Assembly (NCBI GenBank): GCA_038496445.1
Contig: JALMLS010000320.1
Coordinates: forward strand, 248,001-312,000
From: Trichosphaerium sp. ATCC 40318
Lineage: Eukaryota > Protista > Tubulinea
DNA: 64,000 bases
Reading direction: 5' to 3'
The notes under the pieces are model-generated. The model did no database searches and was not told the DNA's origin. It was given only the letters and a program-made list of their open reading frames with translations. Of the stretch, positions 38,186 to 56,200 are shown one piece after another. The position numbers and the translations under genes are program-made. How positions within the stretch are numbered: the stretch's first letter is position 1; each line of letters starts with the position of its first letter.

Positions 38186-40658
38186 TCAAACAGCGTTTAT
38201 TCTCCATATATCCGATCTTTTCTTATTACTTGTTGCATAGTATAATGTATTACCATGACAACATAATGATGTTATCTTACTTGTTGGTTTAGGATCAATA
38301 TGTACCCTTACAACATTGAACATACGACCCATTATAAACATCTTGTGAAGCCTATGTTTTGATATAAAATACATATCTCCTCTTGAATCAAAGTCGAAAT
38401 CACCTACTTCCCCCTTTTTAAGCTCATATACTGTTGTCACTTTATTTTCAGCAATAACACGTATAGCGTTATAATCACTGACAAACATGACATTCTTAAA
38501 AGGGTACATCTTTGCATGACTTGGACAGTTAAATGTTGCATATTTGTTTGCTTCTGAATCCTCTAGTTCTGTACCAACAATAGATATACCATTTGCTATA
38601 CCATCACGTGTACCTTGTTTCTTTGGGATTCCAGCTATTGTACTTGAAATAAAATAATTTAGTTGGTTGTCAGTAGAAACGCACAAAATTTTGTTTTTTA
38701 ATTTTTATGCTTTGGAAGTCAACATTTTTTTGAATTACTTTTCTCTTTTCTCAGCGTCATTTATTCAAAATGAAAACAATAGTATTTTATTGGAGTAGGG
38801 ATTGTAAACAAAAAAGCGATAATATGAATAAAATTGGAGAACTGTAATTCAACGTGTGAATGAAAAGTTTTCAATTTTTTTGACACTTTTCTCATTTTTT
38901 GTCAATGTGTCACAGAAAAAAAACACAAAGAGATAGATACGGGGTACAATGAGAAAAAAAATATCGTTGATAGTAATACGCACGTGATATCTCCTTTTGG
39001 TGTCATTTTTCTTACGACAAAGTTATACGAATCACATATAATAAGATTCCCGTCATGATCAAATGATAGGCCTTCTGGTGTATGAAAATGAGGTTTAGGA
39101 CTATCTTTAAATCCCCTAGATGGTCCTCCAGCTACAGTGACATAGTCACCTGAAGTGTCGTCTTCTATCAAGCATATACTTGGTCTTCTATTCGACGTAT
39201 TTGAAAAATAAATATCTCCGTTCTCTTTAACTGCAACGCTTCTAGGATACAACATTGCTGATCTACGATAACCACCTTATGTATACATAAGGTTTTGAGA
39301 GACAGTAAAGGCAATTAAACGTACCGATAATGTCAGAATCTTTTAATGTTTTTGTATGTATTTCAGCTATGAGTTGGCGGGTTTTATCAATGAAAACGAT
39401 TGTCTAGACGCGAGAAAAGTAAGTTTGGTGTTCTTTCCGATTGTTTTGTTCTCGTTTTGGGTTAATTGAATGGTACCTCTTTTTGGGCGTTCACGGTCAT
39501 TGCGAGGATGAGTTTGAATGCTCTAAAGTCTGAAATAGCCTCCGTGAGGTTTGTAGACTTGTTAACTGTAAACACAGCCTAAAGGTACTATAAGAACCTT
39601 GTAATGAGCTGTAAAATAGTAAAGAAATGTACTAAAAAGCCAGTCATTCCTTTACAAGCGGTATATCGCAAATGTCAGTGCTGAATCTCTTGCTAACCAA
39701 ACGTAGACCAATCAACTGTGTTAGTGGCGCTATTTCCACTATTCTTGCGAAAACACAGCGTAAAAGTGGCGAAGGCAACGTAGAAAAGTTGTCCATGATC
39801 ACCAATTGCAGTACAACAGACAATAAGCTTAAAAAATCTAATTTGCTTGAAATACTTTAAGCCGTGTTCAAAATCATGTTGGGAAGCATACTCACAACGC
39901 CGTAGCGTCAGTATAACGTTATCAACTGAATAAAGCGGGTAGCACAATTTGGTAGTTAAGTGTTATTATTTTTTGTTGTTGGCGTTCGTATGTACATTGG
40001 TGGAGCGGGTGGAGCATTTAAAAAAATAGGTGGAGGATTTTTAACGATTTTTGGACTCTGTGGCTTTAATCGTAAAAAATCACTTCATCAACTTGTCCAT
40101 TCGCCTGTTATGCCTACGCATTTGCTTCTCAAGGTCTGTATACTCTTTTTCTAGGTGTTTCATATCCTCTGTTTGCCTGTCAAACCATTAATTCACTCGA
40201 TCATTAAAAAAAACAGTTGAGTAGCGAAATAGACAACGTACGCCACTACTTCTTGTCGTATTGCAACGTTTTTATCAACAAATTGATCCAAACCTTGTTC
40301 TATAATATCCAAGTGCTTATCTGTTGTGTCCAAGTCTTTTCTCTGCTGTCTTGTAGCGTTTGCACTCAAAAACGACGATGTAGACTTCAAAGCACCTTGC
40401 CTATTGTAAAACGTTACAAAAATCGGTTAGCTGCATCTTAACGTACCTTGTGAATGTTGTACCAGTTCTTGTACTTCTTATAGGAGCACTGGATATGCCT
40501 GGGTTGCCATATTCGAATTTCTTCGTCCCTGGCTCGAAAACAACTTTGACCTTTTTTTTTTTTTGTAAGAAACAATGTTTAGACAATATGTCGCGTACTG
40601 TTTTCTTGTTTGTTCGTAGAACAACTTCGTTAACAATAATCTGTGTGTAAGAAGCCAT
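38186..40658 (-). CDS. Protein with coiled-coil and Pro-rich region and a C-terminal NHL-repeat propeller
   Basis: YPRSVAV..GDIYFS, FHTPEGLSFDHDGNLIICDSYNFVVRK and STIAG..G..DG. Confidence 0.7.
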
Positions 40659-40709
40659 GAGGTGTAGTGGAGGTAACTTTGAGGAGGAGAGGAATCTACA
40701 TTTAACCAT

Positions 40710-42100
40710 TTAATGCATGAGTAAGAAAAAAAACGTGACGAAAAAAAAATACCTGATATCAAGATGTTGAGGACGAGCACGCAATACAACACTATCTACT
40801 TCAACATAAGACCATTTATGTCCCTTTATAAGTTTCTCCTCGTTTGCTGAAAGAATAGAAAAGCTGTCATTGGCAAAACGAAGAAGCGTTGGTACAACTG
40901 ATTCCAAGTCAAGGAAAAAAAATAAGTCATTCAAGAAAATTTAAAGTGACATAAAAAAAAAAGGATACAAGAACCATCTTTCTTCTTGCAAAGTACTTCA
41001 ATATCCATAAAAACATCTCTTTTAGCTACAGCAACTTTTCTGTTTGTAAACGGTTGAGGTATTTCTTTGTTTTGCTTCTTTCTTCTTATGCCTTGACCAA
41101 TATACGCTGGTAACGATTCTATACCACTATACAGACAATACGTTTAGTAAAGAGTGAACCACAACGTGTAGGTGTATCTGTACCGCAAGTATTTATCTGA
41201 TAGCTGCATATTATGCTTCATAGTGACTACTTTATTTTGTAAACCTGCGATTATCTCACCATCCCTTTCAACTCTCTCCAAAACATCATCTGCTTGAGCA
41301 TTCAAGTCATGCACCATCCCTACTAATCTATTTGATAGATCTGTATCTACTTTAGCCTCTTCTTGCATCATTTGTTGTTGATCTTGTCCATCTACATGTC
41401 AGTGTTAATACTAAAACAGATGCGATTCTTTGATGTTGTTGTTACCTGCTGCTTTGCCCATTAAAATATTTTTTTCTTCTTCAAGTGTTAGGACTGACGG
41501 TGGGTTATGCCATACATATGTAAGCAAGTTATAAGCTTCTACACATTTCGATGTAATAAACCCAATTGAAATCTATAATATAAACATTATAAAAAACCAA
41601 TGAAATCTCATTCAAAAGCGACACATGTCACTAGTTTAACTTTCTTCCAAAAAAAAAAAAAAGCAAAAAAGTCTTTTTGTTATTTTTACCTGTTTTCCGT
41701 CCGTCAGTTTAATTAAAATTTTCTTTTTACCAAACCCTGGGTCATATAATACCTGTGCAACCTTTCTCATTGGTATTTTTTCCTATTTTGTATTATTTTT
41801 TTGAGTTTCTAAAAACGCTTTAAAAGCGTTTGACGCTAAAATACGTACTCTTTTATTTGCTATAGCTGGTTTGTAGCAAATAAAGTTTTGTGATACGTAA
41901 AGTGTACCAAGTCCCTTATTACACATACATTTAAACGCTATTTACTGTTATTAATGTGTTACCGGAACCTAATAAAACCAACAACCTCGTTTCAAAAAAC
42001 TTACTCTGAATTACAGATTCGGTATCTTGTATGTTGAATTGCTTTCTAAACGTGTCTGATACCTTACGCATCTGATCCGACTTCTTTTTAACAGACTAGG
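40710..42100 (-). CDS. GRAM-domain plus SNARE-like coiled-coil protein
   Basis: FRKQFNI..GTLYVSQNFICY (GRAM) and LVGMVHDLNAQADDVLERVERDGEII (SNARE-like). Start is approximate. Confidence 0.6.
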
Positions 42101-42774
42101 TGCAATTAGAATTAAACTCGTATTCTATTTAGTCAAAAAGACGCTATATAATCATTTTACGTCACGCAAGCGCCCATTCACAGTATTCTTTTACCCGGGT
42201 TCACAAGTTTAAAAAAAACGTACCATGATAACTACCTTCGCGATAAGGCCTTAAATATAAGGGTGCTGTCCTCTGTAGTTTAAAATAAGTGTAGTGTGAA
42301 ATTTAGACTTGTATTGACTTCTACTTTTACGCTAACTGCTACACTCCATAGCACAAAGTGTACGTAGTTGTTTGACTTGTGAATTCGACGTTCGTAACAA
42401 CCTACCGCCAAAAATTCTTCTACAATGACGCTAGCGTGAACGTACTGTTGTGGTGATGAGCATACTATGTGTACTGTCCATTTGCGTATCCCTTTTCACA
42501 TTTCAGACTGTTGCACTAACTAAAAAAGGGCAGTACTTCCCTAATCAAACAATTCATTTCTGATCAAACCAAGCAACCAAAATAAAGTTTTGTAGAGTAT
42601 CAAAAGGGTAGGATAAAAACATAGGAGCGAAGTGCAAGGAGGACAAAACGACTTTCAATTGAAGCACAAAAACAACTGCACAAAAAAATTTTGAAAACGA
42701 ATTCGATTTTAAGCTCTACAGCAAGATAAGGCAAAAAAATCTTGATTATTCGTACATGAATTAACATGTGTATA

Positions 42775-45700
42775 TCAAGAGTCGCTCATATCATCATTTT
42801 GAATACCTCCTACTGGCACAAGACGTAATTCAAGAGGTGCTCCAGGAGTCATTTCAAGTATTTCTTCCCAATCGAATAGCAAGTCATCCACAGCACTGTG
42901 GAATGCTCCAAAATCGACTAGAGTTATTGAAAAATCGCTGCTAGATATACAGATGTCAAACACAACTTGAGAGAGTTAAGGAAGATGCCCACGTGAAAAA
43001 GAAAAAAAGCAGAAGAAAAAAAGAAGAAGGATACAAGACTCATCAGGGAACGGTTTTGGCGAACCCAGAATCTTTGCAAAGAATGTGTGCATTGTAGATT
43101 TGATTTTATCCTCTAATTTGGATACTCGTTCATCGTATTCTGTGCTACGTTGGCATGCAGCTAAACAAAATGAGAAAAGACGTTAAAAGGTAAAAAAATT
43201 TACATAACAAAAGAGTTAACCATTTCGTTAGCTCTACTTACCCACTAAGCGTTTATCAATGACAAAACATCTAAACTCAAAGGAAGTATCAATATCAGAA
43301 TATTTCCGCAAGTTCAGCATAACAGGTCTTTCTTCAGCGCCTTCAAAAACTTGCTTTATCCTAAAGTTGTTATTAGTTAAAAAGCCTGATCACATTGCAT
43401 GAACAAGTAGTTTGGCCTTACCAATCTAAATCTTCGGATATTAGTTCTGATCCTTTGATAGCATTCATAACATCACTTGAGTTGCTACATTTTATACCAC
43501 TTTTAGCGTCCTGATTGAAAGTGTATTAGCACAAGAAGTACAATTTATTTTTGTTCTTACCGATGGCATATTCCAATTCAATTTAGGAACTACAGTACCG
43601 CCGAGCTTCTCTATCTTCTTATCAATCTTGCTACATAAAGCCTTATATACGACTGTATCTTGTATATTTTCATTTTCACCTGGTGAGGTGGAGTTAGTAA
43701 ATATCACAACAGTTGCGAAACTTTACCAGAATTTTCAAGCCATGACACAATTGAGGTTGGCAATCGGATAGACTGTGTTGGGAATGTAAGATTTTCAAAA
43801 CTTGGATACCATTCAGATAGTTGACTATTAATATATAGCTTCTGTTCTTGAGGGTTCAACTCTTCTTCTTCCTTGAAGAAAGCAATTAAAGAACTAGAAC
43901 ATAAAAAGAATCTAAGTTATGTTTTACCTCTTCATCGTCCATTGAAAAGGGGTTTTCATAGCTCCCCCATACTTCTGGCCCTTCTTCCATCTCACTTTCT
44001 GTTAATAGACATTCGTCCAAGCATTTCCGGACAGCCTTCTCGTTCATTTTAACACCAATCATAACAAGCTAAATGTTACATAAGGTTCAAAAAAGCAGTT
44101 GTTATTTCGTTTGCACCTCAATCTTCCTATCACCGTATTTTTCTTTACACTCTTGTATTTTTTTCTTTATATCCTCAACACCTGAGTTAGGCCATTCCTC
44201 TTCTGGTAAAGCTGCTAGCCACATACCTCCAGCTTGAAAATTGTACTGGGCTTTTAAAAATGTCAGCCTTCTTATAGTTTCAGCCATTACATTCACGCAC
44301 TTCCAGCTCCGTTCCAGTTAAAGCAAATATTCATTTCTGTTGCTAACCAAACTATACCTATCGTATTCGCATTAATACATGCTAAAATATACAAAAGAAC
44401 AGAAAACCTCAAAGTTCTTCAAACTTTTTAATTAGACTAGTGAAATAAATAAAGTCAATTTCATTGGCTTACCTTTTGATCGTACAACGCCTGGAATTCC
44501 ACTTTCAAGCAAGTTCTGAGAAAAAAGAATCCTTCAGCCGCAATGAAAAAAAACCAAATGGTAAAGCGTACAGCTAATCTAACAGGATGAAAGGGTTTGT
44601 TTGTTTTATAAACAAATGAGCTTATTCCGTATTCCTAAGGCACATTAAAAATCAAACCTAGAGACATCTACGTACTTCTGTCTCTGCTTTATGTGTTCCA
44701 CGGATCTCCTGTAACCATCCAGCACACTCTTGGGCTTCCTTGAAGTTGAACGATTCTGGAAAAGCATCAAATGAGTAAAGTTGTATGAGCGTTTGGCTTT
44801 CGCTCAAAGAACACGTCACGTACTTGTGTTTATAATCTCTTTTAGAGGAACATTTGAATAAGTTGATGTTATAATCTTAGCGCTAGGATTAAGCTTCTTA
44901 ACAAGACCCATCACTTCAGCCAGTTCATTTTTGTTAACAAGGTCAATCTAGTTTCAATCAAAAACACGTGATTATTGATTATAAATATCTTGGTGTACCT
45001 TGTTTAATATGAGAACATTGGCAAACTCTACTTGATCGATGAGAAGATGTGATACATCACGTTCGTCTTCAGGTGTTGCAGCTAATGTTAACAAGTAAAC
45101 AATGAGGTTTTTTCAAAACTGCGAAAGCACCGAACATACATTCTCCAAATCTTTGTTTAATGGATTCTATGCTATTTAAATATTCCTTGAAGCGTGCAAC
45201 ATCAATGACTGATACCTTAGGCTTATAGTTAGGATATTGTAATAATCATTAATCGATTTTAAAGGCGTCCAAAAATACGTAGAAAAACACTCGAGAGTTT
45301 TTATCTTAATCCCGTACTAACCATCGTGTCCAATTGTGCAATATCGCTCAAGTTTTTGTTTGCAACAGATGCATCTTTATCTAACGGAACAGCAAATGTG
45401 AAGGTCTCAGCGACAGGCATAGGCTCAGAAATGCCTATTGTACTTTGTAAAAAAAAGTGTACTTTGTGCCAAAGCAATATTGAAATTACTGGCTTACCAG
45501 TTGACTCAATCAATAAGTAATCAAATTTTCTCATACGAGCCAATTTTGTTATCTCTAGAAGCAAGTCTTCGCGAAGTGTACAACAAATACAACCATTATC
45601 CATCGCTACTAGTTTTTCTTCCACCTGAGACGTTTTAACGCGCCATTGAACCACTTTTGCGTACTTGTGAAAGCGCTCCTTGCTCTTTAACCAAATGGGC

Positions 45701-46031
45701 GTCTATATTAACTAATCTTGTTAAAGTCCGTTGTTAAGAGTTTATTATGTATTGGTACGTTCACCCATATCATTTACGATGACAGCAACCTATAACTGTA
45801 AGAATGTGTCACTTTTAATTATTTGTACCTTTAAACCCTCTTTGTTCTCCAATACGTGCTTCAGTAACGTTGTCTATGCGTTTGATCAGTCAAGGAAAAA
45901 AGGACTAACGCGTATAATCTCAAAACCAAGCGTAAGAATACGCTTCTCAGGGTAACGTATGCGCGTAGTAGTACCTTGCCAGAGCCAAGAAAACCAGAAA
46001 GAACAGTAACGGGCAGTTTGTTAAATTCCAT
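42775..46031 (-). CDS. COG0523/CobW (YciC-like) Zn-metallochaperone GTPase fused in frame to a Cdc123/D123-like ATP-grasp domain
   Basis: LPVTVLSGFLGSGKTT, NGCICC, ESTGISEP and CobW_C RSKG..YGDRKIELVMIG. Continues through a GT-AG intron into SEWYPSF..PKLNWNMPSDA..EFRCFV..LVDFGAF..LLFDWEE. Confidence 0.8.
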
Positions 46032-46150
46032 TACGAAAACAACTCTATGGTTATCTTTTGTATCTACAAGCTACCTTTATCAACAACCGAACAGTTTTTT
46101 ACACTCTACAAAAAATCTTGAAGAGTCAACCAGCTTTTACCGCGTTTGAA

Positions 46151-48093
46151 ATGCATTTTTTAGCTGTTGCACCTTTTATATCATTGCTGGTGTACGCAAA
46201 CGCGCAATCATACCTATACGACCCTGGAACAGTTGTATCATGTAACGTCGGATGCCTGAACATATCTTCTGCGTATACGTGGTGGAGCTATCCACCAATG
46301 GATATACATACAGAAGTTACAGGTAGATTGCAACACGGGGAATACGACGGTTGCGAACTTAAAACAAGGCGGGCTGATATTTCAAGTACGTCTTTATATG
46401 ACGTCGAAACAAAGACAAGGAGATATACGCTAAACAAGGGCAAAAAGCGGTTCATAGCCTCTATTTTTAGTGTTTGATGTCATTGCATAAAAAAGGAAAT
46501 ACCGTTCTACACTTACTAAATTATCCTTTTAGACGCTATAGTATATATAAGAGAAAGCGAGAGTACCTGTAGCACATTACAGGGACACATTATTCCTGTG
46601 CAAGTTGCAAAAGCTCAAGAAAATGGAGCAATAGGCTTCGTTGTAATGGTTGGTCCGTTGTAATACAATATCGATGAATACTAGCGATTTTTAATCAATT
46701 GTTAGATAAATACCCGGACTTAGAGCAAATGACTACAAGAACGCTAACAATACCAGTAGTATACATAATTGAAAACTCAACAAGTGATATGGATATTTGC
46801 AACAACTCCCTAATAACGTTTCATTATCCTTCTGCGAGAGGTAAAGTTGTTTTTTTTCGAAGAATTTCTTTCCAACGATTTTTGCCTCTATCATTCCTTC
46901 TGTTTGGCTATTGGCATTTATACAAGTAGTACTGATTTTGTTTTTGTAGTTTTAAAGGCTTTCAGGAAATTTAGGCATTTGTGGATGGCTTATGAAGTAG
47001 TTTTTCCGATATTGTTTTTTCTATATGCAATCTATGCTTGTCTTGTATTTATTGTTAGACAAATTCAGATGCAAAAAAATAAGGCTAGCCAAAGTGCAAA
47101 AGGCGATGGAGGTGTACTATTAAACATAACTCTCGTTGCCGTATTCATTGTGGCCGTAGGTAAATTCTTATTGAATAAACAAGTAAGCTCTTTGTTCTTT
47201 CTAAATTTGTTTCTTAGAACGTTTGATTCACGTCTCACTTGACACATACGGATACAACGGATCGAATATGCAATTTCTGCAAGTTTTTCACATACTTTCA
47301 GATGTATGTACTTTGTCTACTTTAGGGTTTACTGCAGCTTACTGGTAATAGATCATTTTGGTTTTTCTTCATTTTTTCTTGCTTATTTGGTTTTTCCGTT
47401 TAGGCTCCAGTCCGTGACGGACCACCATTTTTTTACTTCAAAACGTATACGCTTACTTACTTACGTATATACGTCGTTAATTGCAGTCGTTGTCATAACT
47501 ATACGAGTATTACAAGTTTCAACAAATGTGTACGCTTTCTCAATTCTTCTTTTGCTTTAAATTAATATACCAACTACTGTAGTGCAATTCCAGAGTTTTT
47601 GATACGAGCTATTCTTGGTGCTAATATTGTAATTTTAACTGTTTGTTTTTTGGTAAGCTTGTTTTGTTTAATGATTTCCGTATACTTACTTAAAAACAAG
47701 ATTGCTGGAACAGCAGTATACTTCAAGTTAAATAGCTTCACACACGTTGACCAAGACATGAATAAGGAGGCGTTGAGACGAGTACGTATTAAGGACTACA
47801 GGACCCACTAGCGTGAATACTTTTCTGATTATTTACCGTAGGTGACATACTGTGTGCTTGTGACAACGTTTGCTAGCCTTTGTTATACTGTCATTATTTC
47901 CTTTAAAGGAATTAAAAAACAGAACTACCTTTTTTGGCTTTACCTACAAAGAACTTTAGAATTAATATTCATCAGTTCAGTGTTCTCTTACTATGCACCT
48001 GTTTGGAGAATGATCTTACTTGTTACTAGACCTATAATACCACAACAAACAAGCCGTGTACCTACATTCTCAACAAAGGAATTACGTAATTAA
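46151..48093 (+). CDS. Signal peptide + PA-like domain + multi-TM (receptor-like) protein
   Basis: VAKAQENGAIGFVVM..TIPVVYI is PA-domain-like and is followed by several TM exons. Confidence 0.55.
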
Positions 48094-48156
48094 TGTTACA
48101 ATAAAAAAGACTGTAAACATAAACAACCAAACTTAATATGAACAATATATTTACTT

Positions 48157-51750
<3,594 letters not shown>

Positions 51751-52038
51751 TCAAACCAAAAAAATACTTTATGGAAAGGGAATTTATGTGAGTCCTTGTT
51801 AAGCTTAACTACCCAACATTCACAAAACCTACCTTAGAAAGTATCTATTGTTACCACTGCAACTAATAATACGGTACAATACATACGAGATGGTAGCTAC
51901 GGTCTAGAAAAGTAAAAAAATAAAACACGTGATTGCTAACCGATGCATTTTTTTTCATATTTCATTACTTTGGTTACCAACGGTTTTTTTGGCAGAGAAA
52001 TTCAGTCAATCCGTTTAAAAACAATTTATCAACGCAGC

Positions 52039-53016
52039 ATGGAGAGTATGCTATCTACAAAGGACAAAAAAGACTTCTTTCCTACAGATACATCAGCTAA
52101 TATCAAACTTTTATACATGCCCACAGAGATATTAGCTTATTTACTCGAGTACACAGATCGCTCTGATAGATTTAAGGTATCTGAAAGCTGTAAACGATTA
52201 TCAGATATCATACACCATCACGTTGGATACAACAGCATTATAATAAGCTCGAGAGAAAGTTTTTCTCTTCTTCACAAAAACCCACTGTTAAAAAACACAA
52301 CTATCTGTCTTTATTGTTTCAGGCAAGCAACAGACAAAGATATTTCTTTTCTTTCTGGTGTTCAATCACTTGAAATGTTTGAGAACAACAGCATTACAGA
52401 CTCAGGCTTAGAACATATTTGTGGTGTAAGTCGCTTAATGGCGGTTAAATGTGCAGGTATTAATAACCCATTATTTTCACATGTGCTTACTTACTTGCAA
52501 TGCTTTTTAGGCATCACAGATGTAGGAATATCAAAGATTGCAAAGCACTTGAAATATTTGGTTCTGCATCGATGTGAGCAAGTGACAAATGAGGGTCTAC
52601 GATCACTCGCAGGAGTTCCAAATGTCAGTTTAAATCATTCACTTATTACGGATGATGTTTTGTCTTGTTTGTCAGGTGTTCACACCATTGAGTTATATGG
52701 TTGCAAATATATAACAGACAAAGGTATTTCAGCTCTGAGAGGTGTACATTCAATCAATTTGGATGGTACAGCTGTGACGGACAAGGGGGTTTCAGCTTTA
52801 GCTGGCGTACATACAATATGTCTTGCTTGGTGTAAGGGTATCAATGGTGAATGTATGAAAAGTCTCTCAAATGCATACGAGGTCAATTTATCAAGAACAG
52901 ATGCAACAGATGATTGGCTTGTTCCGCTTGCCAATGTCAAAGAAGTGTACATTTTCCGTTGTGACAACATAACAGATGAAGGAGTAAAAGTGCTTAAAGG
53001 AAGTGTGTACAGATAA
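52039..53016 (+). CDS. F-box/LRR protein (probably one short intron, ~52457-52510)
   Basis: LLYMPTEILAYLL..SCKRL F-box and GVHTIEL..ITDKGISAL repeats. Confidence 0.85.
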   Translation: MESMLSTKDKKDFFPTDTSANIKLLYMPTEILAYLLEYTDRSDRFKVSESCKRLSDIIHHHVGYNSIIISSRESFSLLHKNPLLKNTTICLYCFRQATDKDISFLSGVQSLEMFENNSITDSGLEHICGVSRLMAVKCAGINNPLFSHVLTYLQCFLGITDVGISKIAKHLKYLVLHRCEQVTNEGLRSLAGVPNVSLNHSLITDDVLSCLSGVHTIELYGCKYITDKGISALRGVHSINLDGTAVTDKGVSALAGVHTICLAWCKGINGECMKSLSNAYEVNLSRTDATDDWLVPLANVKEVYIFRCDNITDEGVKVLKGSVYR

Positions 53017-53221
53017 AGATTTGGTTAAATCTACCAACTAGGTACTAAACAGCAAACCAAATCAAAAAACAAGAAACTTTCAGGAATAGCAAACAAAACG
53101 GTCAGAACTTCTTGCAAACAACAATAATAAAGTCTTGAAAAAAAAACCCACTACTACTTTATTTAGACATAAAAAATCTTGCTTATTTTTTTTTGGTTTT
53201 TGTTCTGCAAACTCTAAGTAA

Positions 53222-56200
53222 TTACTTTGGAAACTTTTCTACTCCTGCCATGCCATCTGTTGGGTAGAAAACAATATTACTTTGTTTTCCCTTTTTGAAA
53301 GAGCATAATTTCTGGGCTTTGACCTAGAGTAGAACAAACTTGTTAGCACTGGGAAGTGGTTTCATAAAAAGCAAGAACTGTTATAATAATAAAAAGGCTA
53401 AAAGTCGTACAGAATCAAAAGTTAGTTTTGCTGACTTGTCTTCACTCTTTGCGCTCTTTGTACGCCATACATTGTAGTCAATTCTAAAAATTTTACTTAC
53501 ATTGAGATGAAATGTATTTGATTAAAAAAAGTACGTACGTATCACTAAAGTTAACAGGTACGTTCATATCTAGGCCGTTACAAGCTAAAATAACCGATCC
53601 AACAAACTCAGAGTACTTATCTTCGCCTATGAGATGTTTAGAGTACAGAACTTTAACTACCAATAAAAACAAGCCGGAAAAAGAAAAAAAAAAAGAAATT
53701 ACGTACCACCAACACCAAGGTCAAGAACAATGTCTGGATGTGGACTATTCATGTGTACAACAACGTATGAGTCATTATGTGGTGACAACCTTTAAAAATA
53801 AAGTTAACACCACTTCCATCGCTTCACCTCTTCAAAAAGGTTTCTAAGGCGTTAAATAAAAAAAACACATCACGTACGAAATAGATTTAATACTTGCGAG
53901 AGGTGTTGCGCCCTTTTTAGCCTTGAATTTACCAGGGTATGCCTTGTAGATATTATTCTCTGTAACAATAATACAACGCTTATCCAATTTATTGCTAGGT
54001 ACCAGTAAGCATAAAGAATAAAAAAATGAGTAAATATACCTGGTATTGGCCTTAAGTGCAACAGCAGAGAATAAAACATTTTGATCATCTGTACGACAAA
54101 CATCAGTAAAGGTATGGCCACCAAAAGATTGAATTGCTGTGACGTACTGTACTTAACAAAGTACGATTGCATTTGCTTAATGTATGTCGACTTAGATGGG
54201 TTATCATCGAGAGCCATGTAGTCACCATAGAATTTTCTTGTAAGGCTACAAAGTAAGTTTAGTAAATTTGGGTAACTTTCGAAAAAGTAGAAAAGCGTAC
54301 TTCCAAGCCTTTTGTTTGTACATTGCATCATAGGCTGCAACCTTCGTCCTCATCTCAATGACTACACCTTGGTCCAACGAATTAATCCATTGTACTGCTT
54401 GCCTAGATACAAGAATAATCAGAAGCTGGAAATAAAATCCCATAAAGAGTCTGAGAAAGCCTACCATGTTTTGTGTATCTTTTGAACGAGTGTGTTGGCG
54501 AGAGTAAGAACTTTTGGATGTTCTGGCCATACAGCGCCATCACCTAGACAGTAAAATATGAGCACAAGCCTAGTTACGAAGCCAAAAATAAACTAGTGGA
54601 ACGGAGCGTACCCCATCTAGATTCCTGCGATAGTTTATCTTCAAACGCTTTTGACACATCAACAAGCCATTTCCTAGACTATAAAAGGATTCTGTAAGCG
54701 AAATGACAACATAAGGAAGGAGAAAAAGTGTTTCGAAAAAAAAGTTAAACGTACACGGTATTTTCTGTAGAACAAGGATAGCTTGATGGCAGCCTTACGC
54801 TTGGACCATTTATTTCTTGCCAAGAAACCACGAATAGTCTTTTGACATAGTATGATAATTTTAGGCATGTGCTTTTCACGTTCTTCTTCCAAACTGAACA
54901 ACTAAGGCCGCATGTAAGTCAATTAAATCTAACCAAAAAAAACAAGTTGAAAAAAAGAAACAAACACGTACAGTCTTTGGATTGCGGATAAACACCTTTG
55001 TTTTACCGAAACGATATTCATCCTCTGGTAAATTCATATGCTTAATTATAGCCTCACATCCATCTTTCTCAGATCCTTGCCATTGTGGCCATGTTCCTGG
55101 GCAAATCATCTTGTATCTACGAACAAACCTACAAAAATAATCAGCATTGACTCAAGAGCTATCTTGTTAAAACATTTGCTCAATGTACCTAGTGTATGTC
55201 TGTCTGTTTGCAAAACCAGCTCTTCTTACTCTGATATTCTCTAATAGACCCAAGTATCTAATTTGATGCTTTACTCTCTCTTCATCAAGTTTTCCTGGAC
55301 GTTTCTCATCATTAGGCTTAACACATCGAACGTAATGAGGAGAACAGACAAGTAGCGTATCAATCAATTCACTGAGTGCATTCTAAAGTAACAAACACAT
55401 GAGAACCACGAACAAACTTATTTCTATACCTTGAACTGAGTAGCAGATGTAGGAGGTCTCTTTCTTTTGTTTCTAATGTTAATCTCTGGGAAAACATCCT
55501 TTACTAGTGTGAGCTCACTAGTTTGTGCAGCGCTAATAAGATCGTTGAAGAAGGTATCTTTGTTCTTCTCCAAGAATCCTTTAACTACATAGTCAACCTA
55601 CAAAAGGATGAGCAAAATTAAAACGCATTTTTCGTACTTCTCCAGCGTAGTGCTTCAATCTGAAGGCATCTCTTGGTATCGCTGTATTTTTACTTGACTC
55701 CCAAGAGTCAAAGTGAGGATGTTTGCCAAAGTTTCTTCAATTAGAGTAAGATAAAAGACAAGAATATTGATCAAAAACAGTACCTGTTTAATTTTTCGAG
55801 TAAGCTGTCATCAGTGAATTCCGACATTAAACAGCACTCGTCCATGTACGAAATGATACCTTGAGGTTTCTAAAAGAAGGTATAAGCTAGCTATAAAAGA
55901 TAACCAACCCACCTTCTCAATAAGATCACAAATGACTTGATTGTTAAAGTACTCAACAGGAGTCCATTCAATACCCTTTTTTTCGATTGTTAATAGATAC
56001 TAGAGTAAAAAAAAACCTCACCTCTCTGAGGTACTCTTCTTGCTCAGTCTTCAATGTAAGCTCGATAAATACTTGTTGTAACTTTTCATTACACAAGTTG
56101 ATACAAAATTGCTCAAAGGAGTTGTTCTAGATGTTGTAAGATAGATAACAAACATGTTAAAAGTTGTTACCTCGAAAATTTCGAAACCATAGATATCAAG

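Noticed and set aside
42450-42565. Possible C/D snoRNA (GTGATGA...CTGA)
   Set aside because: No clear terminal stem or recognisable rRNA guide; such motifs arise by chance.
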